From a virus: DNA of 64,000 bases. How positions within the stretch are numbered: position 1 is the first letter of the stretch; each line of letters begins with the position of its first letter. The notes beneath the pieces are model-generated. The model searched no databases. It saw nothing but the letters and a program-made list of their open reading frames with translations, and was not told the origin of the DNA. Positions 56,488 to 64,000 of the stretch are shown here, piece by piece. The stretch is taken from positions 1 through 64,000 of the IMG/VR virus record IMGVR_UViG_3300012009_000091, one strand, 5' to 3'. The position numbers were made by a program, and so were the translations under genes.

Positions 56488-58185
56488 GTGCCACAATCGA
56501 GAATACAGCAGCGTGATCGAACGTCGAGACGACAGCCTCCTGCAGCTATCTCTAAGGGCCGGATTCGAGATGTGCATCCTAGATATTGGACGGTAGATGT
56601 GGAGCTCGAGAATGGCGCATTCATCGAGAGCGCACCTGTGGTCTCTCCGTATTTTCACCAGGAAAATGGAGAAGGGTTCAGCGCTCTTCCGGAAATAGGG
56701 GCTCACTGTCTTCTCCTTACTGGTACCGCAGAGGGGTATGAACCGGCGGTGTTAGCGTTCACGCCGCTTCGATCCACGGAGTATCAAGAATCTGAGGAAC
56801 CAGAAGAAGATCATAGTGCTGGGCGAGGTCCTGCTGTCCCTGGGGATATTTACATCCACGGCCGAGATGAGAATTTCGTACGGCTTCGACGTGGGGGAGT
56901 TGTAGAGATCGGGGCGGATGAAGGCACTCGCTCTTGGTACATTCCATTTGGCAATCTCATTCGGCATATCTGCGCTAACTATGAGCTGTCTGTCAGCGGT
57001 TCGGTGGCGCGGATCAATACCCTCGATTCGCCGGAGATCCCGGAAGAGGGGCCGACCCCTCTTCAACTCGATCTGAGATTGCAAGAGTACGTCGAGAAAG
57101 CCCCTCTCATCGACTTGAAAATGGGACACGTGGTGGATGACGAGGGGAGGTCCTTGGCGGCCAATCAGGGGGATATCGTTGCGCGTATGTTGGTGTTTGA
57201 TCAAACAACCGCAGATGCTGCTCAGCGGGATGGCATTGATCCTAGTCCGGATCAAGCCGCTGTGGCGATTCGTTTTGATAAGAACGGAAATGCTGAGCAG
57301 ATCATGTCGGGTCAGTGGCTCGTGCAAGCAGCTGGTCGCCGTCTGTACCTGACCGATTCCGATGTTCAATTAGTCCGAGGAAATCGACGTGAGGAGATCA
57401 CGGGAAATGCAGACCGTCATATCGGAGGCGATGTTATCGATCGTGCTGATGGTTCGCGGGTGATTCAATCACGAGGCCCCTTGACGATCAGTTGTGAACA
57501 ATTACAGATCGAAGAACAGCGAGCGCGACAGACTTCGATGGCCGGGAATCGAGGTACTATTGTAGGTGGGAATTCGGAAGATCAGGTCGCGGGTGATCGA
57601 ACTACTGGATCGGGTGGTGGGGTCAACGATACGTGTTTGGGGAATCGAGCTGTTACTACTGGTGGGAAGGTCATCGAGACAGTGTTGCATGCAGCAGAAC
57701 CGACTAGCATGTTGCAGGGTGCTGTAGCACATCTACTCGACGTCCTGGACGGCACGATTCGTCAAAAAGCGCGGCTGGGAAATATAGAGCTCGAGGTTGG
57801 TCCTCTCGGCTCTCCGATTTGTAAAATTACAGTACACAACAACCCCACACAACCTACAGAGATAGGACGTGTTTCTATTACCTGGGCGAACCCTGCTATG
57901 AAGTTGATTATCGACGGGTTGACGGGAGCGGCCACATTTACGAATATGATAGGGGAGTGGACACTGGGTGCTGACGGTCGGCAGTATGTCGGCCCTCGTG
58001 GTGGAAGCGGGCCTGGTGCAGGGAATGTCGTGACGACGAATACACATCCGTTCTGTTACGTAACCGGCGCGCCCATTATTGGGTGTTCAGGCTCTACTGC
58101 TGCTGGGGTTCCGGCGCCAGGTCCAGCTGCTCCGGTAGTAGGGCCAGCGGATAACATTCCTGATCCTGACATACCGAGGCCGTGA
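56488..58185 (+). CDS. Baseplate central spike (gp5/gpV/VgrG-like)
   Basis: N-terminal OB-fold (GRIRDV...VDV...LPEIGAHC), V/I-x-G-N/D beta-helix repeats, C-terminal THPFCYVTGAP. Confidence 0.75.
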   Translation: MPQSRIQQRDRTSRRQPPAAISKGRIRDVHPRYWTVDVELENGAFIESAPVVSPYFHQENGEGFSALPEIGAHCLLLTGTAEGYEPAVLAFTPLRSTEYQESEEPEEDHSAGRGPAVPGDIYIHGRDENFVRLRRGGVVEIGADEGTRSWYIPFGNLIRHICANYELSVSGSVARINTLDSPEIPEEGPTPLQLDLRLQEYVEKAPLIDLKMGHVVDDEGRSLAANQGDIVARMLVFDQTTADAAQRDGIDPSPDQAAVAIRFDKNGNAEQIMSGQWLVQAAGRRLYLTDSDVQLVRGNRREEITGNADRHIGGDVIDRADGSRVIQSRGPLTISCEQLQIEEQRARQTSMAGNRGTIVGGNSEDQVAGDRTTGSGGGVNDTCLGNRAVTTGGKVIETVLHAAEPTSMLQGAVAHLLDVLDGTIRQKARLGNIELEVGPLGSPICKITVHNNPTQPTEIGRVSITWANPAMKLIIDGLTGAATFTNMIGEWTLGADGRQYVGPRGGSGPGAGNVVTTNTHPFCYVTGAPIIGCSGSTAAGVPAPGPAAPVVGPADNIPDPDIPRP

Positions 58186-58201
58186 TGGGCTGGCTCCAAA
58201 T

Positions 58202-58683
58202 TGTGAAAAAACGTGGAGCGAGAACGGACAATGAGTAACACAGTTTTACAGGCTTTTGTAACTGCTTTTGAGAAATGTGCAGTTGATCCTGAATCTGCGT
58301 TGGCTGGAGGAGGCGTCGGCACTTTGGTCGGAGGGGCGGGTGGTGCGACCATTGCGGATCGGGCAATGAAGGCGTATATGGCGCGGAAGTACGGGTTGAA
58401 TAAAATCAATCCTGCGTACTTAAAGCACTTGCGAGGGCGGGCTCGTGGGGCGGGAGCTTTGGGAGCCGCTATTCCACTCGGTCTTGCAGGTGCATTAGCG
58501 GGAGGTATGATAGGGGGGTGAGAAAACGGTCAGCAGTGTGAAGACACGTAGAGTGAGAATGGACAATGAATAACACAGTTTTACAGGCTTTCGTGACTGC
58601 TTTCGAGAAGTGCGCAGCTGATCCTGAATCTGCTTTGGCTGCCGAAAGCGTCGGTGCTTTGGTTGGAGGGGGTGAGAAAACGG
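58202..58683 (+). repeat. Imperfect direct repeat (about 135 nt, offset 335 nt) covering upstream region and leader of two small genes
   Basis: TGTGAA..ACGT.GAG.GAGAA.GGACAATGA.TAACACAGTTTTACAGGCTTT...GATCCTGAATCTGC.TTGGCT at 58202 and 58537. Confidence 0.9.
58231..58521 (+). CDS. Small glycine-zipper protein with AFEKCA leader
   Basis: MSNTVLQAFVTAFEKCA followed by two GxxxG segments. Confidence 0.7.
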   Translation: MSNTVLQAFVTAFEKCAVDPESALAGGGVGTLVGGAGGATIADRAMKAYMARKYGLNKINPAYLKHLRGRARGAGALGAAIPLGLAGALAGGMIGG

Positions 58684-58991
58684 CCGGTAGGCGGCGGAGG
58701 CTCCTTCTCGGGTTGGGCGGTTTAGGTGCGTTGACAGGTGGAGGGTTGTTAGGTCTGCAAGCATTGGGGACAAAAAGCGGGGACTGGGAGGACTACTTGA
58801 TTCCAAATCCGCAGGCTATAGCTGCGGGAGGGGAGCGTGTAGGCCAGTTGTCTGGGCAGTTGGCCGCTCATTTTGCCCGTCAAAGACCGACTACTATAAG
58901 CGATATGCGCGAAAGCAGTAGAAAGTGGAGGGGCCGACTCGATGGTATCAGTGACCGCATGTCCAATGCCGTTTTAGACTATGATTTGTGA
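58566..58991 (+). CDS. Small glycine-zipper protein with AFEKCA leader and second EKTA motif
   Basis: Paralogous leader; RRRRLLLGLGGLGALTGGGLLG after EKTA. Confidence 0.7.
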   Translation: MNNTVLQAFVTAFEKCAADPESALAAESVGALVGGGEKTAGRRRRLLLGLGGLGALTGGGLLGLQALGTKSGDWEDYLIPNPQAIAAGGERVGQLSGQLAAHFARQRPTTISDMRESSRKWRGRLDGISDRMSNAVLDYDL

Positions 58992-59686
58992 TAATGCTGG
59001 TTGTGTCCACCATGGCGACTTACATGTTTGACGCATGTGTCGTAGCCTTCCCGGAAATGGCGACTTTCTATCGAGCTAATGCATATAGCGTTCCTATCGT
59101 TTCTGCGCATCGTCCAATCGAAGAGATTTGTTCGGCGATTGCGAGTGCAGTAGTTGACCTTCTCCCCACTTCAATGACCTTTGTAGGGGTCGGTCCAGGC
59201 GCTAATGCATCGCCGGGTCCATTTCCTGTAACCCCCGCTGATTTCTCTGTGGCTGGGCCTGCGGCTAAAACCGACGCTGTACAGGACACGCAGACGGCAC
59301 TTGGCTGGGTTGGAAAGAGTGGTCCATCTTTGATCGAGGTATTGATGCGTGCCATGATGGACTACATCACGCTCAATCTTACGCTCTCAACGTCCACAGG
59401 ATTGACTGACGCAGGTTCGGGAGGGACTATGAGTATTTCAGCGGGATCGCTTCCTTCTGGAAGTGCGATCTCCGCCGCTGCTCTTGCTATTTTGTCTGAC
59501 GCGGGGCAGTTTTATAAGAATGACAATCCGTCTTTAGGGTTGGCCCCTTCGTTGGTAAACATGATCGACGCGTATTGTTCTGGGGTTCCTGGCGTGTGTG
59601 CTGCATTGGGTGGCGTGGTCACCATCTCGCCAATTGGTCCTGCTACGGCCACAACTATGTCCATCGCCGCAGGATCGGTATCATGA
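58988..59686 (+). CDS. Ala/Gly/Ser-rich putative virion protein
   Basis: Long ORF in the structural cluster; start uncertain (58988 or 59012). Confidence 0.55.
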   Translation: MIMLVVSTMATYMFDACVVAFPEMATFYRANAYSVPIVSAHRPIEEICSAIASAVVDLLPTSMTFVGVGPGANASPGPFPVTPADFSVAGPAAKTDAVQDTQTALGWVGKSGPSLIEVLMRAMMDYITLNLTLSTSTGLTDAGSGGTMSISAGSLPSGSAISAAALAILSDAGQFYKNDNPSLGLAPSLVNMIDAYCSGVPGVCAALGGVVTISPIGPATATTMSIAAGSVS

Positions 59687-60051
59687 CAGAGTGGACATCT
59701 GTCGACCGCTGTCAGATAGAGGTCGTTCTGGACAAGACGTGTTCGCTGTTGTACTCCATAGTGACGAAGGCTATGCAGGCGGAAGGAATCCGTACAGCGA
59801 ATTTATTGAGGGCCGTAGATGAGCATGTCAGAGTGGAAACAGACCAAACTGTTCAGTCCAGACGCCTCGAGGTTCTTGCTCGAACTATCGAGCGGGACCT
59901 CATCTTACGTAAGGGAGGGGAGTCGATGGCTGGACAATTTAGCGGATTTAGCTGGTCCGCTTCGGGCCATCGTCGAAGCTCTCAATCTGGCCAGCCCCTC
60001 GATTGGTATACTGAATGCTGCTGCAGCAGCGATTCAGGCGCTGATCAATGA
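59683..60051 (+). CDS. Possible small helical protein overlapping the next gene
   Basis: ATGA overlap with the upstream gene and fills 59686-59819, but overlaps the downstream ORF by about 230 nt. Confidence 0.3.
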   Translation: MTEWTSVDRCQIEVVLDKTCSLLYSIVTKAMQAEGIRTANLLRAVDEHVRVETDQTVQSRRLEVLARTIERDLILRKGGESMAGQFSGFSWSASGHRRSSQSGQPLDWYTECCCSSDSGADQ

Positions 60052-63000
60052 TTTCTTAGAGTCCGGCGCCTACCTCATCATCCACCACAATTTCCAATCT
60101 GTACTCGATTACTTCGGGATTGCCAATGTACACGGAGATGCTGAGGCAGTTAGCAATCTCGATCCAGTGCCGACAGGTCTAGGGCCAGACGCCTCCTGGG
60201 GCGATCAATGGTTGACAGTAGACGAGCTCGACTTTTTCGAGGGGACACATTTCCAAGATGTTCAAGGATTTGAAGAGTGGGTTCGAGACATTCTCAATGC
60301 GTTCCATGATCCGCTGGATCCACGTCGACCTCGTATTGACGCTGACGGACAGATCGGTGGGTTTTTGTTCTTGACCGGCGCTCCAGACCTTCTCTCGTTT
60401 GCGCCGCTCATTGAATCCGTTGCTACTTTGTTTGAGCTTAGAGAGATTCGTTTGTTGTGGGAAGGTCTCAAGAGATTAGAATCGATTGATCTCACTGATC
60501 TAGCTCGTTTGCGCTCTGCTGGTATGTTTTCTTTCGTGCAAGACAGTGCCTTTCAAGGACGAGGTCAAGCTCCTGATTTTATGAGTTTCAAAGTTGGGGA
60601 TTTGATTCCGCAGATCGGCTCAGTACTGGTTTCTTTTGATGCGCTAGCTGACATCCTCCAAGCATCCGATACTGTCGGTAATGTCGTGCAAGCTTTGCTT
60701 ACGATCATTGAACATAAGCTGCGACGACTCAGCGAAGCTGTTGAGAAAGTCGCAGGCCTTACGGATTGGCTTGGGCGTTTTTCTCAAGCGGCGAGTACGT
60801 GGAGTGTTCTTCCTTTGGAAGTCGAGAGTGGTGGAGTTTCCAATCTAGCCACGCGCATTCAACAGTCTATTAACCGGCCGCCATTCGGGGCAGGTTCCCT
60901 ATTGTTTGGCGGTGGGGTATTTGTCACGCGTCCGGAAATCTATGATCTTCTGGAAAGTCTCTTTGAATTCACTGAAGATCCTCGAGCACACACGACACTC
61001 AATCTTACGCCGTTTGATCGGTTGGCCGGTATGGATGTGTCTGAAGCAGTCATTCCGTCGGAAGATTGGGCAGCTTGGAGTGGGACTGAGTTGTCCATGA
61101 GTAGGATAGCTCGAGGTGTGTACAATCGTCAGGGGTTTCTGAACTCAACATCGCGAGGAGTTGCATTGACACCGACAGAAGGCCTATCTCCAGGTCTTCT
61201 CGGCGGTCTCGGTGGAGGAGAGGATGAAGCGGGTGCAGGAGGCGGTAGGCCCGGCATCGCACCTGGCGGGCGTGGAGACACTTTGAACCCCAGTAGTGGC
61301 GGTAGTGGTCGTCCAGGCGTCTCTCGACCTGGTAGCGAAGAAGGTGAATCTATCGGAGGGATCGGTTCTACTGTAGGAGGGATGACTCTCCAGCGCGCCT
61401 CTTGGGGCGCCCACAAAATCGAAGTCACTGATGTACGTATGGGTACAGAAGAAGGCCGAGCTGTGATTTCAGAAACGGGTCGACGAACCTACTTTGTGAA
61501 TCATGCAGCACATGATGTGCCTCGATCAGAACCTTTCGCATTGAGCGGGTCCGGGGTACTCCCTACAGGGCTTCTTTTGGAAGGAGCTGTTAATAACCAG
61601 TTCTGGGATTCTGATCGTTTGAGTCAGACTACGTTAGGATCTTCACTCATCTCGAGAGAGCTGGTTTTGAATGGAGCGCCAACAACGGATCTCAGTAGAT
61701 TCCGAGATGATGCAGGTCCAGTGGCTAAGTTGACTGCTGAACAGGAGATCGTCTCTTGGTTGTACACAGGGTTGACGGGTAGTGTAGATCATTCGGGGTG
61801 TGCTATCTCGAACGTCAACCAGTCTGATGGAAGTCCACTGATACTTGACTCGTCTTTCATTGGGAAGAGGGTGTATGGCCGGCAGCGAACGAATATTCTG
61901 GCAGTTGAGCGGTGGACCCCATTCATCACTAAGATCATTGATGTGGATCCGGCAACACGTACGATCTTTATTGCTCCATCGGTGTTTACCGAGCCTCTAG
62001 CGCTGAACATGATGATCGAAACGTTCAGCATTACGGAGCTGGATAGCGGGCCCTATTACACTTATGTGGAGCAGCTCATTGATTCCTTCGATACAGGTCT
62101 GGGTACGTTTTCTGTATTCGCTCGTGCAGAGAATGCCTATTCGTCTTGGAATACGGTTTGTCTGGGGTTGACTGGGGACCTTCTTGGGCCCGGGTATTTC
62201 GTTGAGCAAAGTTTGGAGCTGCCGTTACTGCGTACGCTGATCGAGCCTAGCAACGGATTTCAGATAGAAGATGGCGTATTGATCGCAGACCCCGGTTCGC
62301 CCGAAATCCCTGAAGGCTCTCTAGTTGAGCTCTATACCACTTCCGATCAGATCACGGTTTTCTATGTTGCGGAGGTTGAGGAAGATGCCACCAGTGTTCG
62401 CATCACTTTAGAGACGGCGGCAGGAGATCCACTTGAGTTTTTGGATCACACCATAGATTCTGTTCTGATTCGCGATGTGTCTGGTACTTATCAAGGATTC
62501 TTGCGAGCGTCGCTTGAATTGCCTGTTCGGCATACATCTCGTTGCGCCATCGTACCGCCACTGACTGATACACCTATGTTGACCCTGGCTCATCAACAGG
62601 TGCAGGACATTGAAGCAGGTGTGGTAGAGCTAGATGAGACGGTCACTTCTCTGACATATGATGCCGCTCTTGGTGGGGTATCATACCGACTAGAGTTGGG
62701 TGTTGGTCTGGAAGGACGCGCTGCAATTCGCCTATCCGCTTCTGCCCACGCTTTGTATGTTGGTCGTTTGATTCAGGTGGACTATCGGATGGATTTTCGC
62801 AGTGGATACGCTCGAATCTATCCCAACAAGTTTCAATATCCTGGAGTGATCTACGCTTGGAGAGCCCAGTGGGAGCAAGGGCCGCTTTCAAGTCCCGTAC
62901 CCACAGCTCCCTCCAGCTCTAGACGAAGAGAGCCAGATAAGCTGTTTGCCGAGGGAGGCGTATTTCGGATCCCCGTTGATGCGGAAGCTCAAGTCACTGC

Positions 63001-63412
63001 GGTGTACTCTCCTACGAATCGACAGCCGGATGTGTTAATCGACGGCCTCCGTCGGATTCTTTTTTATGGAACATCACATTTTGTGGTCTCTCTCGTGGGG
63101 AATGCGACTGACTGTTCACTACGAGTGAGTGTCGGCAGTGTCGACTTTGATTCCACTGGATTCACTTTCGCCGCTGAGGATCAGATTGAACTGGTCGTTG
63201 GTGTGACTTATGGCCTGGCTGATGTAAAGTATAAAGTGACGATCAACGACTCGGTCGAGATCGACGAGACGAAAAACTTCGCGGTTTCTGTACCGTACAT
63301 TGACGACTTGGTGACTCCTGGTGCTAGAATATATGTCGGATCAGATCCAAATGGGGGGCACTCATGTCTCGGTCGGATCATCAATCTGAAAGTAGAGGAT
63401 GAAATCACATGA
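59819..63412 (+). CDS. Large virion protein: helical N-domain, Gly-rich linker, tail-fibre/carbohydrate-binding-like C-region
   Basis: GLLLEGAVNNQF and AQWEQGPLSSPVPT...RREPD resemble the GLLIE..TN and QLE.G..TSYIPT..R.AD motifs of phage fibre domains. Confidence 0.6.
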   Translation: MSMSEWKQTKLFSPDASRFLLELSSGTSSYVREGSRWLDNLADLAGPLRAIVEALNLASPSIGILNAAAAAIQALINDFLESGAYLIIHHNFQSVLDYFGIANVHGDAEAVSNLDPVPTGLGPDASWGDQWLTVDELDFFEGTHFQDVQGFEEWVRDILNAFHDPLDPRRPRIDADGQIGGFLFLTGAPDLLSFAPLIESVATLFELREIRLLWEGLKRLESIDLTDLARLRSAGMFSFVQDSAFQGRGQAPDFMSFKVGDLIPQIGSVLVSFDALADILQASDTVGNVVQALLTIIEHKLRRLSEAVEKVAGLTDWLGRFSQAASTWSVLPLEVESGGVSNLATRIQQSINRPPFGAGSLLFGGGVFVTRPEIYDLLESLFEFTEDPRAHTTLNLTPFDRLAGMDVSEAVIPSEDWAAWSGTELSMSRIARGVYNRQGFLNSTSRGVALTPTEGLSPGLLGGLGGGEDEAGAGGGRPGIAPGGRGDTLNPSSGGSGRPGVSRPGSEEGESIGGIGSTVGGMTLQRASWGAHKIEVTDVRMGTEEGRAVISETGRRTYFVNHAAHDVPRSEPFALSGSGVLPTGLLLEGAVNNQFWDSDRLSQTTLGSSLISRELVLNGAPTTDLSRFRDDAGPVAKLTAEQEIVSWLYTGLTGSVDHSGCAISNVNQSDGSPLILDSSFIGKRVYGRQRTNILAVERWTPFITKIIDVDPATRTIFIAPSVFTEPLALNMMIETFSITELDSGPYYTYVEQLIDSFDTGLGTFSVFARAENAYSSWNTVCLGLTGDLLGPGYFVEQSLELPLLRTLIEPSNGFQIEDGVLIADPGSPEIPEGSLVELYTTSDQITVFYVAEVEEDATSVRITLETAAGDPLEFLDHTIDSVLIRDVSGTYQGFLRASLELPVRHTSRCAIVPPLTDTPMLTLAHQQVQDIEAGVVELDETVTSLTYDAALGGVSYRLELGVGLEGRAAIRLSASAHALYVGRLIQVDYRMDFRSGYARIYPNKFQYPGVIYAWRAQWEQGPLSSPVPTAPSSSRRREPDKLFAEGGVFRIPVDAEAQVTAVYSPTNRQPDVLIDGLRRILFYGTSHFVVSLVGNATDCSLRVSVGSVDFDSTGFTFAAEDQIELVVGVTYGLADVKYKVTINDSVEIDETKNFAVSVPYIDDLVTPGARIYVGSDPNGGHSCLGRIINLKVEDEIT

Positions 63413-64000
63413 TCACCAGCTTGTTCACCCAGCCTGAGAAACTAGCCGCCGGAGCGTCGAGCTCCATCAAGACTCGAGTGGAAGGGCCGCCGGAGACCTG
63501 GGCCGAACAGGCTATGTCAGATCTCTACGAGGAGCACCCGTACGTCGCGGAGTATCAACCAACCATTGATGTGGTACGCATGGATCCGGACCGCGGATAC
63601 ATGGTGGCGTTCATCAGCATTGAAGGGAACAACAAGAAAATCAATATTCCTGTAATCGTACAGGACCATGAGTTGCTTCCCTACGCCACGTTTGCGTCCG
63701 GCGATCAGATCTTTCCTCTTACGGAGGATCGTTTGGCGTCGGAGTTGCTAGATTATGTAGCGGAGCGAGGGGTCGACATGACTGACCGGGAACTGGAACA
63801 GATGCTCCAGTTTCAAGAGCTCGAGCCGCCGGATAGCACAACTTGGGGTGGGAATCGGACTGTTCTTAGCAAACTCAGCTGGGCGCATATGGACGACTTT
63901 CATGACTTCATGGAGAAGTCCAACAGCGCTGTCTATTCGACGGTGAGAGAGCGTGTTCAGCAGCTTGAGAAGAAAGCGAAACCTCTGTCAAACGGCATCA
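63409..64000 (+). CDS. K-x-A-motif protein, putative head protein (3'-truncated by window)
   Basis: ATGA overlap; open to the window end. Reads MITSLFTQPEKLAAG...LSKLS...LEKKA. Confidence 0.7.
   Translation, partial: MITSLFTQPEKLAAGASSSIKTRVEGPPETWAEQAMSDLYEEHPYVAEYQPTIDVVRMDPDRGYMVAFISIEGNNKKINIPVIVQDHELLPYATFASGDQIFPLTEDRLASELLDYVAERGVDMTDRELEQMLQFQELEPPDSTTWGGNRTVLSKLSWAHMDDFHDFMEKSNSAVYSTVRERVQQLEKKAKPLSNGI

Noticed and set aside
6602-56490. TAG recoding or readthrough: several TAG-ending genes are followed in frame by the next gene (6604/6605, 10372/10376, 19261/19271, 48235/48239, 56478/56488)
   Set aside because: Code-11 ORFs are long and tile the window almost completely without internal TAGs. 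Other TAG junctions are out of frame, TAG often forms part of the next gene's AGGAG SD, and the fusions would join unrelated proteins.
1-64000. Bacterial contractile injection system (eCIS/T6SS/tailocin) rather than a phage; tRNA or structured ncRNA genes
   Set aside because: A full replisome, portal-like gene, sigma and RNAP indicate a phage. Intergenic gaps are mostly too short for RNA genes and no cloverleaf was recognised by eye.

Overview
A 64-kb, densely coding segment (genetic code 11) of a large, probably jumbo, contractile-tailed bacteriophage genome. It has three blocks. (i) 1-31.7 kb, + strand: tail, baseplate and fibre morphogenesis genes (probable tape measure C-terminus, hub, gp25-like, baseplate J-like, wedge, collar, fibres, Ig-like proteins), with a sigma-70-family factor and a low-complexity cationic protein embedded. 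(ii) 31.7-46.2 kb, - strand: a replication/recombination operon (SF2 helicase, family-4 UDG, DnaB, DnaG, Cys-rich putative SSB, family-A DNA polymerase, RecA-like, PD-(D/E)XK nucleases, RusA-like). (iii) 46.3-64 kb, + strand: probable head genes including a portal-like protein, a 2080-aa single-polypeptide fused beta-beta' bacterial-type RNA polymerase, a baseplate spike, two duplicated small glycine-zipper genes and further virion proteins. Three signals stand out: (a) a streamlined fused RNAP plus phage sigma factor encoded inside the virion modules; (b) a recurring (E/S)-K-x-A motif that seems to delimit modular cationic/glycine-zipper cargo segments, a candidate head-targeting and protease-processing system, with a candidate -1 frameshift adding another module; (c) poly-Arg/Lys tags on most replication proteins. 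All assignments come from motif recognition by eye; no database searches were run. I saw no tRNA, rRNA, CRISPR array or IS element.
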